Source of the DNA: Octopus vulgaris | Lineage: Eukaryota | Assembly: GCA_951406725.2 (NCBI GenBank) | Contig: OX597825.1 | Span: forward strand, 39,618,001-39,682,000 | Direction of reading: 5' to 3' | Length of the DNA stretch: 64,000 nt | Part shown: piece after piece, positions 1 to 13,604 of the stretch | How positions within the stretch are numbered: the first letter of the stretch is position 1 | How the letters are laid out: every line of letters begins with the position of its first letter | Notes under the pieces: generated by a model | Told to the model about the DNA's origin: nothing | Databases searched by the model: none | The model's input: the letters and a program-made list of their open reading frames with translations, nothing else | Translations under genes and position numbers: made by a program

Positions 1-253
1 CGTTACGGGACGTAAACACACCAGCATCGGTTGTTAAGCAATGGTGGGGGGGGGACAAACACAGACACACAAACACAGACACACAAACATATACATACAT
101 ATATATATACATATAAACGACGGGCTTCTTCCAGTTTCCATCTACCAAATCCACCCACAAGGATTTGGTCGGCCCGAGGCTATAGTAGGTACTGAACCCG
201 GAACCATGTGGTTGGTAAGCAAGCTACTTACCACACCACCACTCCTGCGCCTA
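1..253 (-). mobile_element. tRNA-type SINE (family A), 5' part
   Basis: The reverse complement begins AGGCGCAGGAGTGG...GGTAAGTAGCTTGCTTACCAACCACATGGTTCCGGGTTCAGT, with Pol III A/B-box-like motifs. It is homologous to the copies at 40675-41200 and 48005-48490. Confidence 0.75.
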
Positions 254-671
254 TTAGTTTATCTAAACTAAATAAGAGACCATTCATTTCTTTGTTAAGA
301 CTTGGATAGATATTTACATAAATAGACATTTATAACTCCAATCATACTTTATACCATCGAAATGCATATGTACTCACATACATAGCTATGCATACGTTAA
401 CAAATATACATACGTTGCACACCGTAAACGTACATCCAATGAAGTACATATAAATATACGTATGCATCAATTCCGATATATACAAGCATACTTGCATCCA
501 TGTGAATGTACATAATCTTGCATAACGTCAATAAATATATAAATATATATAAACACAGTCCCTCTTACAATCCAAATATACGGACACATGTACACTTTCA
601 AACAAGGCAAAAGTACTTTTGGTTTCTCAGTGTGAAATGAAAGTAATTTTTTCCATACAAAGAATGAAATT

Positions 672-1703
672 TAATCAATAATATATCTTCCATTTCGTTT
701 GATGATATTTTGCCATCTTTCTGGTTACTTCATGATCCCCTGCTTATAGAACTTCTTGGCATTATCAGTCAAAATCTGAAGCAATTGCGATTTGAGGTTA
801 TCATTTGTATTGAAAGTTTTAACATTCAAAGAATTTTGCAAGCTTCGAAATAAACGGTAATTTCGTGGCGCAATGTCAGGGCTATATGGTGAAAGTGACT
901 TCCCAACCAAATTCCAATAATTTTTCACTAGTTAGCAGAGACGTGTGTAGTCTAACGTTGTTATGAAGGAACATGATTCATTTACGATTTGCCAATTCTC
1001 GCTGTTTTGCTGTTATTGCTTCCTCCGGGTTTATTTGTTGTTGACAGTAACTATCTGAAATGATCGCTTGGTTTCTTGGAAGCAGCTCATAATACACAAC
1101 TCCTTTGTAATCCCAATAAACTGACAACATGACCATTTCTTGATGCAATTCAGCTTTCGATGAGGTTTGTGCTAGTTCATTACGCTTGGACCATGATCGT
1201 TTTCGACTGATGTTATTGTAGACAATCCAGATCTCATCACCAGTGATGATTCGTTAAAAAAAAGGTCGACTTCATTCCGTTTGAGATGCATATCACAAAT
1301 ATTGATTTGTTCTGTTAATTTAATCTATTTCAATTGATGTCGAACCCAAATATCTTGCTTCAGAATGAGCCCAAGATATTTTAAGTGATTTTCGGTGATT
1401 TTCAGTTGCTACATGTGATATATTTCATCTCTCTGCAATCTCTTGGAGAGTTATATGACAGTAAGCTTCACTTATGGCTTTGATTCGGCTATCAACAACC
1501 TCAGTAGGTCGGCCAGTACGCTGGTCAACTTTGATTGAAAAATCCCCAGAAGGGAATTTTTAAAACCATTTCTGATATGTGCGTTCTGTTAAGCAATCAA
1601 TACCATAATCTTCACATATCTCTTTGAGCTTCAGCAGCTTTCTTGCCTTTACCGAAATAAAAAAAAGCAAAATATGGAGAAAATATTCGATTTTACAGTC
1701 CAT
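672..1703 (-). pseudogene. Degenerate mariner (DD34D) transposase
   Basis: An N-terminal HTH-like segment (MDCKIEYFLHILLF...GKGKKAAEA) starts at 1703. ORF 725-928 has the mariner YSPDLAPSD-type motif (YSPDIAPRNYRLFRSLQNSL), and the C-terminus reads NGRYIID*. Many stops and frameshifts. Confidence 0.85.
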
Positions 1704-1895
1704 ATTAAAATTGCCACTTAACTAACTGCTGTCAACCAAATTACGCGTAATTTGCTTTTTTAGTAACATAAAAGTAACAGCTGTCAAATGTTAAAAAGAA
1801 AAAAAATCATAACATTGGTAAAAATCAACAGAATAACTCGTAATTATATTGTTGGAAAAACTAAATTACTGTCTTGCCAAATCTGTAGATATATA

Positions 1896-2127
1896 CAGGA
1901 TTGGCCAAAAGTCGTCCGACAGTAAGTCAAAATTCCCTAAATACATATCTGTAATTATGTATTGACTCGAATGGAAAAATATGTCGCTCAAGAAGGACTT
2001 CAGTTTCAACAATTTTCATGACGTTTCATATTTAGATGCTATTTTAAAATTCACTGAATTGTTAAACGTAAATAATTCTTGGAATTAAATGGTTTTGATT
2101 TACTGTCAGGTGACTTATGGCCAACCA
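1896..2127. mobile_element. Tc1/mariner-type MITE
   Basis: Imperfect ~33-bp TIRs (gattggccaaaagtcgtccgacagtaagtcaaa / tttgatttactgtcaggtgacttatggccaacc) in a TA context, with no coding capacity. Confidence 0.65.
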
Positions 2128-2209
2128 TATATATATATATATATACATACATAATATATCTAATGTCTATCTATCTCTCTATCAAGCATTCTATATATAT
2201 ATATATATA

Positions 2210-2249
<40 letters not shown>

Positions 2250-2338
2250 CTCTCTCATAACTCACACCGCCAAGTAGTAGTAATTCAAAAATTATAAAAT
2301 TCAAAAACATACCCTAATATATATATATAATTTTGAAT

Positions 2339-2382
<44 letters not shown>

Positions 2383-4194
2383 CGTTGGTATAAATTTCTA
2401 TTGAATTTTTTGCTACCCTAAATTGACTAATATATATATATATATATATATTGAAACAACATATAAACATGCGATTTTAGGGAAGTGCATTGTCGAAATA
2501 GAGTGAAATTTAAAGAGTAGAAATTTAACTATGTATGTGACTGATATAGAATACAGCACGCTTTGTGCTTATTTTAGGTGTTATAAATGATTATCGGTTG
2601 GACAGGTCGTGACATTTGAAAACTCGTAATATTTAAAAATATATATGTACTTCAGTTCCAATGTTTATTTTCAACCATTAATTACAAGGTTCAATAATGC
2701 GTGTGACTCATCGTGTTTAGGAACAATGTTCTATAATTTAAGCAATCGTAAAGAGCATAGGCATTTGAAAATGTGTCTTTTTTCTTGGCTGAACTTCAAT
2801 CGTATGTGTTTGAATTAAATCAGTATCTTTTTTCTGTGGTCTATGTATAAATATCGTGGATATTAAATAAGTATAATTTTTCTTCTAGTCAACCTTTTGA
2901 TGTTTTGTTAGCTTCACAAAATAAACATAAAGTAAAGTTGGCATCCATTGGTTTTTAGTTTTCTCATTTGGCGCGTACATGATTTTTTCTTGTTAAATTT
3001 CCATTCCAAATCTAGTGTTGTTTACATTGTTATTACCTTTTCTACTTAATCATCGTAATATTCACCAACATCACTTTCACTTAAGAAAATGGTAGAATAA
3101 TTTTATTCAGCACAAATATTATTATGCAAATCAATATAAATAATTTTCATTTTTATTAACATAACTCTCTCTGGTTGTAGTCCAAAGGTTATATTGTCCC
3201 ATCGTTTTCTTAATGACTCGAATGAATTCTTTATAACGTATCGTGTATGCATGCATATATGTTTCCGATTCCTTGCAAAATATGATAATCACTGAATAGC
3301 AGAGAAAATCTGGTGTAATGACGAATATCATTCGTATCATCCAATTATTGTCGTCATTCATATATATGTATATTTCTTTTCCTATAATCATCTTGATAAG
3401 TGTAAAGAAAGCCTGTGGGACATATATTAAAATTTCTTATCTACATATACATTGTTTTTTATCTTTAACTTCTATATGCGACAAATAAGCGGAATGCTTT
3501 AACCAAGCGTAGCTGTGTTACGGTTTATTAAATTCTATCAAAGCAAACAATGTAGGAGAATTTAAAGGGCTTAAGTTGGTAGTTCTTCATCCAGTTACAC
3601 AGGAACCACCATCAAAATTATTGTTATTATGGAAACATTGCATTTATTATCTATAGATTTAAGATAAATTTTATAATCATAGAATAGCTTTTCTAAAATT
3701 AACGTGGAAACTGTGATATCCAATACAGGCAAAATAAATACAGAAGCGCTACAAATACAAGGAGACTTAATGGATAAAATCTAAATTGACGTATTAACAA
3801 CAAAATTTAATTAAATTTGTTTGAAGGAGAAATAACCGATGTTTTTGATATATAAAGAGATGACATAAATTCTACAGAATACGACATACTGGAATACTTA
3901 TATTTTTATTGGTTTCTAACTTTTTGCACAAGGCCAGAAAATTCGCAGTGTAGGTAAAACTTGGTTGGGATACCATTCGTTCATTTGATTGCAATTAATA
4001 GATTAACTATAAATAACTTTCGACACCGAACAGCGTGTTTGCTGCTAACCCGGCTTCAAATAATCAACGTCACAGACATAGAGATATATTTACACATACA
4101 TGTAGATTAAAAATAATAAACATCCCAACCACTCACAAATCAATCTCTTCTACACACGCAAGTAAAAAAATTCAGATTTGTTCCAACTCGCTCA

Positions 4195-4534
<340 letters not shown>

Positions 4535-4535
<1 letters not shown>

Positions 4536-5500
4536 CAAATCAAAAAAGGAAAATACGCACACTTACATAGTTTTAATATAATTTTTAATATATCGACCGG
4601 TTTTGCTATCGCTATTCATGATATTATATTTTACTTACTTGAATATATATTTTTTTCTTAAGAAGAAATTTTGTCCATGTTGTGTGTAATGAAATTCACG
4701 AGTGAATGACATCACAAGTACATATATAAAGGGAGGTAATTGGCTGTCGTTATTGTTATTGTTGTGGGTAAGGGACATATCTGTTCAGCTTTCGGTAATG
4801 GGAGGGGAATATATATGTTTACAGACAGAGACAAGTTTGAAAAACCTTGTTTAGTGAGGGGATTTATGTACAGTGATGTAATCGTGAATTAAAATATGTA
4901 AAAAGATAAAAGTTGTTTATGCGTGCATATTAAGACGTGTTTTGTATTTTTCACTGAAAAAAATGTCTTTATTTAAACATTCTAGTCGATAGATTGTGTG
5001 TTTGCACTGGTAGAAAAGGAAGACTGTGAAAATCTGTTTAATTTTATCTGTACATTTTTCTTTATGTTCACTGAGAGGAATTTGTCTGTATTGCGGGAAA
5101 CGGATTTGCTTCTTTATGTAGATTGGGTTTCTTTCTCAAGGTCATACTCGTTTGTCCAATATAGTTGTGTCCGCAACCCGAGCAGGTTATTACATAAATT
5201 AGGTTCTCAGAGGCACAAGTGAAACTAGTTTTAATTGTGAACCTCTGCCCTTATTTGAAAAGGAAATCCGAGCCTTCAAGCAGGTTGGGGCCGGTTCCAC
5301 AATTTGGGAGTCCACATTTTTCAACCCTTGGTTTCGTAGTTGTTTTGTAAAGCATTTGTTTGTAGTCTCTTTAGCGATTTGCCTTGTTATTTCTTTGCAT
5401 TTGATGAGTTTGTGTGTCTTCAGGATGTCGTTCATTTTCGGATTTCTTGTTCTGAAATCAAGAGTTTGCACAATAGTGCTAAATGCCTCACTGTTTCTGA
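4535..5500 (-). mobile_element. Penelope-like element 3' fragment (GIY-YIG endonuclease plus terminal repeat)
   Basis: The minus strand at ~5130-5200 translates IYVITCSGCGHNYIGQTSMTLRK (GIY-YIG). The terminal segment 4540-4730 recurs in opposite orientation at 58680-58875. Confidence 0.85.
4590..4624 (-). ncRNA. Minimal hammerhead-like motif, A3-U8 core variant (G12 mutated in this copy)
   Basis: Minus strand reads ATATC-ATGAATA-GC gata GC-AAAA-CCGG-TC-GATAT. Helix I is ATATC/GATAT and helix III is the palindrome ACCGGT. Confidence 0.5.
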
Positions 5501-6520
5501 GTATATATATATATATATTATTTATATATATACATACATACAAACATGTATGTTTGTACTTAATCACATACATACATGAATGTATGTGCATGCATGTATT
5601 CAATTGGACTTGTGTGAATGTGTGTTTACATAGTTGTCACTATATATTTATATATATGTGTTCTTATATGTGTATTTACTGCTTACATACTTTATATACA
5701 CATGTATACGTAATTTTATCTTATGAACATTCGTTACGTATAGTCAGACTTTTTTCTTTTTTCTTTCTTCCTTTCTTTCGTTATTTTTTCTCTCCCTATT
5801 CGTTACTTGTATAGAGGCCTGTAACTTTAGGCCCTCTCCCCCGTCTTACTCAGGTCTTTAGCTTTCTGTTGCTTACAAGATCGTTACCTTTTCGTTTCTT
5901 CCCCCTCCCTAGGTTTTACTTATAGTCTATATGTATACACCAAGTGATTTTTGCATGCGAGCAAGATTGCGTATACATATGTGTACATGTATTTGTGTGT
6001 ATATTTTCGTTTTGTATTTATATGTCTGTATATGTATGTGGTCTGCGCACATCTATCTGTGTATTTTGATGCATACATGTATATTGATTGTTTAGTATGA
6101 GTATGTACTGTTGTGAAATATTTTGATATATTTTAATTTGAATTTTTATGTATTAATTTTATTAATCGAATTATATTTTCTACCTTATGAAAATATGTAT
6201 TTGAATCAAATCTTCGATTTACGATTTTTCCTCGATTTTTATAATTTTATATTGAACTCTTTTATTTGTTTTGTTTATTTTCCTTTATCGCTCGTATATA
6301 ACCATTATTTGAAAGGACCAATCAAACAAATCCATTTTTAAAGGTGTGTCGTTTATACTATTCTTGATAGAATTGTCATATCGGTTCTATTTTAACAAAA
6401 CTGTCCGACGAACGGGAACGTGGAACTCCGAGTAACAGCTTTTGTTAAATTTCTGATGATTTTAAATAAAGTATATATATATATAGATATTTTACAAAGA
6501 AATTATAATTATATATATAA

Positions 6521-7574
6521 TTAGTAGTATCACCCAGTGTTGCTTGGGTTTGTTTCAACCCTTTAGAATTGGAATTTTTGAAAAGTAAACATTTTGCATT
6601 ATGCAACTTGTTATTCTCTTCAAGTGAATATTTCTCCAGTTGAAATACACCGAAAAATGGTGACGCAGCAGTCAAAAATCTTAAAAAATAGGGATTTTCA
6701 TAGAAAAAAAGCACCTTTTTGATGTAAATACTTTTTGGTGTTAACATGCTCCGATTTGAATTTTATCTGCTACAGAATGAAGAGCAAGTCTTCTTCTATC
6801 ATACTCTCAATTTTAGTCAACTTGCACTGTACGGTCTCGAATGAGATATTTGCTACACACTACTTCCCATCTTTAATAATGAAACTTGGTAGATCCAAAA
6901 GTTAAACACACAGACACACACACAGATACACACACAGACACACAAGTTGAGTTTTATATATATAGATTTCTCAACGGGGATTTCAGGGGAGAGCTTCAGG
7001 GAGTCGCTGGCGATGTATCGTAATAATCAAAATTCTGGCCTGCTAAAATTTGGTTAAAGTGATTCAGACTGCAGACTCAAGGCAAAATGGTCACATTTAT
7101 TTCAAAAGCGTTGAAAATGTTATGAAAACAATTGGTATGTGTTCAAAAAGTCCAAACGATTAATACGAAAAAACCCTCCAGGCTACATCCCGAAAATTCA
7201 TTTCTTTGCCGAATTTCTACAATGTTTACGGCGATTCGTTTTTATATCTCGACTTTTTATTTTTCATGCAATTTACGCATGCTTGCACGCGTGGTGAACA
7301 CAGTTCACGTCAAACAGCTGACTGAGTAAAGTTCCCTATTCAATTCATGGGATAAGGCCTAAACAAACACATTATCGATTTTTGCAATTGCGAGATGAAT
7401 TTCGGAACAGAAATAGCGCAGTTCAATTTTCATTCGCCCACACTTTAGGTGACCCATTTTTTGTGGTTCTACGATTTGTTGGCTAGGAAGAGATGTGCCG
7501 GGAAGTTAAACACACAGACACACACACAGATACACACACAGACAAACAAGTTGAGTTTCATATATATATATAGA
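6521..7574 (-). mobile_element. Non-autonomous Helitron-like element with duplicated 5' end
   Basis: The minus-strand 3' end has a hairpin (acccaagcaacactgggt) followed by CTAA|T, a degenerate CTAG. TC-starting 5' ends (tctatatatat...aaactcaacttg) occur twice, at ~6966 and ~7574. Confidence 0.6.
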
Positions 7575-8191
7575 TTGCAACAAGTGATTGGCTATATGTC
7601 TCTCCCCGCGCAAGAAAAATAGACGCCTAAAGACGCTATTATCACCTTAAAAACTCCGAAAAATAAAACACGGGCTGTAGTCAGGCAAACGAAAGATAAT
7701 GAATTAAACTTTTGGTTAACCGTATAGAAGATCCTATTTCAAACTTAAGGTAAAAATATTATGCTAATTCCTCTCATCATGAACGATATTCCATAGCACA
7801 TATTGACGAGTATCTACACATACATATACGAGCAGCGACTTCGAACAGCAATATATATATGTACACACTAGTAGAAGTATCCAGTAAAGTAGAATTCTCA
7901 TCTCTCTTTTCATCTACTTGTAGTATATATATATAAAAAAGAAACTCTGCTGTTAATGCTATTTTGATAAAGGTGTAAATGCTTCAAATATTAATTATAA
8001 TAAATGTTAAAAATCATTAATGATTTTACTAAGGGTTCAGCGAGGTAATATAACCCTTATAGGTAAATGTCACAAATATTTTAATAATTATATACATAAT
8101 TGTAGCAAGGTATTGACTATAGGCCTCTCCACGCGCTTGAAAAATAGACGCCTAAAGACGCTATTACCACCTTAAAAACTCCGAAAAATAA
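7575..8191. repeat. Partial tandem element; ~92-bp direct repeat with 525-bp period
   Basis: 7575-7666 and 8100-8191 share gaaaaatagacgcctaaagacgctatta(t/c)caccttaaaaactccgaaaaataa and diverged upstream sequence. Confidence 0.75.
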
Positions 8192-8897
8192 GAGAGGAAT
8201 ATAGGTAGATAGATAGATAGATAAATGAATGAAATAGAATAAGAGGCATTCAGGAATGTCGATGAATTGTGTTACCTTTCTAGAAAAGGGAACTCCTCTG
8301 TTTAGCTGCAATTCACACGTGACAGAAAACTCGAGCATGAGTATATATCTTTGTAACAACAATGTAATAACGCTAATGAGCTGAGTGCCAATATTGCAAT
8401 TTTTCAAAATTCCGATCAATTTTGTAGCGCTAAATTTCATTACTTTCACTGGAATTCGATAATTATTTAGCAGGATAGAGATTGCATAGAAATATCTCAT
8501 GAAATATTACGTTATAAAACGATGCATATCGACATTTTCTTCCAAAGTTGATGTTACTTAAATATAAGTGCAACTACTCTGCACATGTTTTATTTTTTCA
8601 GACATTGTGTTTAATTATTGCTCTTTCGCTTCAAAATATATTTATACTTTAATTCTCTTACAAATACTTGGTCGTTTATTCCAGTTGTAATAAAGTCGTA
8701 ATCCCATACTTGCTGCAGTTCAATTAAAATAGTTTTCATCATTTTAATAACACATCAAAAGTGGTGCTATGAAATACAAAATAATAACCTTGTCTCACCA
8801 CCTTAAGATGCAGCTCGATAGACAAAAGACATTTTTAAAAGAAGTGAAGATGAGGAAAACTGCATGCTAATATTTATTTCTGAATATTGTGTCCTAA

Positions 8898-9525
8898 CGA
8901 AGGCGGGAGCTGGCAGAAACGTTAGCACGCCTGGCGAAACGCATTGCCGTATTTCGTCTGCCGTTACGTCCTGAGTACAAATTCCGCCGAGGTCGACTTT
9001 GCCTTTCATCCTTTCGGCGTCGATAAATTAAGTAACAGTTACGCACTGGGGTCGATGTAATCGACTTAATCCCTTTGTCTATCGTTGTATGTTTGTCCTC
9101 TCTGTTTTAGCCCCTTGTGGATAGTAAAGAAATAGGCATTTCGTCTGCCGCTACGTTCTGAGTTCAAATTCCGCCGAGGTTGACTTTGCGTTTCATCCTC
9201 TCGGGGTCGATAAATTAATACCAGTTACGCACTGGAGTCGATGTCATCGACTTAATCCCTTTCTCTGTCCTTGTTTGCTCCCTCTATGTTTAACCCCTTG
9301 TGAGCAATAAAAAAATAAGAAACTTTAGCACGCCGGGCGAAATGATTAGTAGTATTTCGTCAGTCTTTGAATTCTGAGTTCGAATGCCACCGAGGTCGGC
9401 ATTTGCATTTATCTTTCGGGGGGGGGGGGGGGTTAGATAAATTAAGTACCAGTTGCGTACTGAGGGCGATCTAATCGACTGGTGTCGCCCCCTACATTTC
9501 GGGTTTTGTGTCTGAAGTAGAAAAT
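8898..9525 (+). mobile_element. SINE family B, three tandem internal modules
   Basis: The module ttctgagttcaaattccgccgaggtcgactttgcctttcatcctttcggggtcgataaattaagtaccag is repeated three times. The B-box-like GTTCAAATT is present, and the same family occurs at 45680-46070. Confidence 0.75.
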
Positions 9526-10229
9526 AACATTGTGTCCAAACGTCAATGCTTTAACATATTTTTTCTATATCAAATTGCATTAATCTTAGGCGACAGACTG
9601 ACGACATTTTCTCTTCCTTTTTGATTATTCTCGTTACATATCTTGCCGTCGAAATATATTAAGAATTGATATGAACGTACCTCCTGCGTATAAATAATTG
9701 CCAATCATTCGTTGAGTTTAGCAGAGATCCACCCTTTACGATAATTAGAGCTTCTAATCTGGTGGGATGTTACATTCTTCCATAAGAGTAACAAAACTGC
9801 CTTAGAAATATTTACATATTTTGTATGTACATATATTTTTCTTAATTAGATGATAAATTAATATACCTGTTCTGTTATTACATTATATTCTATCAACTAG
9901 CAATCCTACACATAATTTGGAACAGTTCCCTTGTAAACACACATACTACTAGATATATATTTAATAAGGATAATTTTACATGTATACTATTTCTTATTCG
10001 TTTATGTGCGAATTATTTTATTACATAACATGTTATATACCTGCATGATAAACAGACATATCGTCGTGAGTTCTGACAAACAAAGAGTATTTGTGGGTTA
10101 GTAATACTAGAGGACCGAAAAAATCTACAAGTGATCGCAATAACGCTACTTACTAACTTTTACAGTATTTCATCCTTAACTACATGTATTCTTCTTTATT
10201 TCTAATTTGATAATAATAATAATAATGAT

Positions 10230-10345
10230 CTCCAATTTTGGCACACAGCCAAACTGGTACTTATTCATCAAATCCGAAAGAATGAAAGGCTATGTCTACC
10301 TAGGTGGAATTTGCACTCAGTATGTAACGACGGACGAAAAACTGA
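10230..10345 (-). mobile_element. SINE family B fragment
   Basis: actggtacttatt...gaaagaatgaaaggc...ggtggaatttgcactcag is the reverse complement of the family B module. Confidence 0.55.
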
Positions 10346-10502
10346 TAACTCGCGTGCTAGCGTGCACTACTAGGTACTGCACACATCCTAGGTACTGCAC
10401 ACATCATGATGATGATGATAATGGTGGTGATGGTGGTAGTGATGATGATGATGATGGGGGGTGATGTTGATGATGATGATGATATATACATATATGCATA
10501 CA

Positions 10503-10700
10503 TAAGGTGGTTAAAAGTTCCTGACTCTAAGGCTCTCACAAAAGGCCTGGTTCTTACCGAAAATTTTCGAGTTCATTATCAGGACTTAGAAAGACTTAGG
10601 AATCATTACAATAACTGTGTGAATCTGAAAGGCGAATATATTGAATAACATCATAATTAACTGATCCACTTGCATTTTCTGCAACTCCAATTAACGCTCG
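10503..10700 (+). mobile_element. Mariner-derived MITE / deletion derivative
   Basis: Encodes a mariner C-terminal remnant (LERLRNHYNNCVNLKGEYIE*). The left end resembles that of the element at 16850-17017. Confidence 0.55.
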
Positions 10701-10762
10701 TATACATACAAACCTTTAACCCGCGTATACAAATTTCAGTACCGTATACACACACACACACT

Positions 10763-10814
<52 letters not shown>

Positions 10815-10828
10815 GATAATAGTATCTT

Positions 10829-10997
10829 TATTAATAAATAATTGCAACATAAATATAAGTGGCCAGCAAGCTTTACAGACAAAAAGGCAAATTTATAATT
10901 TTATAATTTATCATTAATTATAAGTTTATAAATTAGCGTATTTTGGCTTTAATGCTTCCTGGCCACTTAAAATATTGTTGTTCTTATTTATTAATAA
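10829..10997. repeat. ~170-bp imperfect palindrome (foldback/MITE-like)
   Basis: ~70-bp inverted arms containing aagtggccagcaagc and gcttcctggccactt around an AT-rich spacer. Confidence 0.7.
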
Positions 10998-11256
10998 TAT
11001 TAGTAATATGTTTATATATAATTATATGCTAATATCGTTTGAATTTGCAGCTGGTATTTAAACGATTTTGAAATAAATGCATTAAACCCCACTTCTCGTG
11101 AGACCTACTGATGTTAACTAAGGGGAATAATTCAACGTTTGAATTACACCATTTTTCGTTACTTCTTTTTATTTCAAGTAAAATACGTCTATATACGCAC
11201 GCACTCGCATTTACGCACACACGCACACACCTATATACACATCTCTTTATGCATTT

Positions 11257-11295
<39 letters not shown>

Positions 11296-11744
11296 TATAT
11301 TTTTATACATATATTTCTTACATAGTATAGAGATATTGGTTTATAGTTTTATTGCTTATATATTTTTTACAAAATTTTTCTGTTTCTACCTTCCACCCTG
11401 CATTTTCCCTGTGCATATATAGACGTGTATATAGTATCGTTTGAGCGCGCGTGTGAATGTGTGCGTGTGTGCGGGTATGTGCGTATATAGATATGTGCGT
11501 GTGTGCGTGCTTGTGTGTGTGCGTTCACATGTGTATGTGCGTATATAGACATGGTTTACTCTTTGTATACTCCCTTATGCCTTTTTTTCTGTATTGTTAA
11601 CCTTAACCCTGTTTTTTCTTGTGCTTGTGCGTATATAGACGTGTGTTCAGCATTATCCGGTGGTGCAGACATATCTCGTCGGGTGATAAATTAATAAAAA
11701 ATAAGTCATTAAAATGACTTGTGTGTGTGTGTATGTGTATGTGT

Positions 11745-11807
<63 letters not shown>

Positions 11808-12775
11808 GAAAGAGAGAGAGAGAGAGCGTTGGCGCATGAAGCATGGCGGGTGGCACAGTGTGCATTAGTTCACTCAGCATCGATTTGCTAACGTGCAGCA
11901 CGAACATTTGTATCTCCCGAAACAAATCATCTCTCCAAATCGGTTGGGGCAAAAGCCGAACGCTCATACGTCTTCTTCGACGGGACAGCCCATCATATGT
12001 TTCTGTGTGTGTGTGTGTTTGCTTGATACTGCATTTGATGTCGTTTCTTGATTGAAAACATAGATTGAAATTATTACAATCTTTGTTTCATTTGTATCGA
12101 CCTCATAACTTTATAGTATCAACTTTTGGTTGACGTTAATTTCGAGGTGTTCCATTATAAATATTATGTTGCTAAAATTATTTTAATGTGCAATGCGCAT
12201 TGGTTTGAATCGATGCGTCAACAAAATATGTAAAGGCTGCAAATGCTTAAAATCCATACGTCGCAAGAGGAAAATTAAATATAAGTAATTATCCATATGA
12301 AGTAAATTTCAGCGGCAAATGGAGGGATGTGCTGGTGGCAATCGTTTCTAATTTTTGCAAAATGTTCTAAATTTTTAGGGGAGTACGCGAATGGAAACCA
12401 TTAACATCAGTATAATCAATGCTTGACAATTATTCATTTTATGGAAACCTGAAGTCAATAGCCAGCTTGGTAGAAGTTGTAGTGAGAGCGTAAGTAAGTG
12501 GAATAATTATTCCAAATCCCTTTGGCAGACGTGCAAAGGTTTCTGGCAAAACCCAGACTAATAATAATGATATCCACTTGGCTCTTTAATAATAAATTTT
12601 GACAGGAGTGACGTAGACACATTAAAGATATAAGTTAACTTCTACCATATCGCCCGAGACTTAGTGTATTGCCATCATTAAGGAAAAGGAAAACTCAAAG
12701 CACATACTAAAAAAAGAAATAATTCCAGTGTGACCTACAGAATGAGAATCATAATAAAGCAGCTGCATATATATA

Positions 12776-12891
<116 letters not shown>

Positions 12892-13224
12892 CCTATATAG
12901 ATATAGATATATATACACATACATACATATATATGTACATATATATATATATTTATGTATGTATATATATATGTAGGTATGTATATAAATGTATACATAC
13001 ACACATATATATTCAATTATGAAATAGAAACAGCGGTGGTGTAATAAACACTATCAAGCACATATAATTAAAGTATAGGTTTTGTGTAATTGCTGTTAAG
13101 CTGCGAAAGGGTGTGGTGGAGGGTTCTCACTCTAAGTCTCAATATCAAAACACCTGATATCAAAACACCTGAATGTCATGGAAAGACAAGAAAGTTACCA
13201 CTAGTATATACTTTTTGCCTTTCT

Positions 13225-13420
13225 CCTTTTGCTCTTTTCACTCATGAGACTGCGGTCATGCTGTAGAATGAATCGACAGGTGTATATACATGAGTTTATT
13301 TTTCTTTAGGTCTAGTAGATACTCTTTGCCGAATCGCTAAATTGCGGGAACATAAACAAACCAACACCGCTCGTGGGGGACACACACATACGTAAAAACT
13401 CACACACGCACACACAAAAC
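13225..13420 (-). mobile_element. SINE family A 3' fragment
   Basis: gactgcggtcatgctg...ctctttgccgaatcgctaa...caacacc matches the reverse complement of the family A tail. Confidence 0.55.
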
Positions 13421-13426
13421 ATATAC

Positions 13427-13481
<55 letters not shown>

Positions 13482-13565
13482 TATACACACACACACATTT
13501 ATATACATATATATATATCTACACATGTATACACACACAAACACACACACACACACACACACATA

Positions 13566-13603
<38 letters not shown>

Positions 13604-13604
13604 G

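Noticed and set aside
8898-9525. Regularly repeated modules as a CRISPR array or tRNA cluster
   Set aside because: The context is eukaryotic, there are no unique spacers or cas genes, and no complete cloverleaf was seen. The modules recur as a dispersed SINE.
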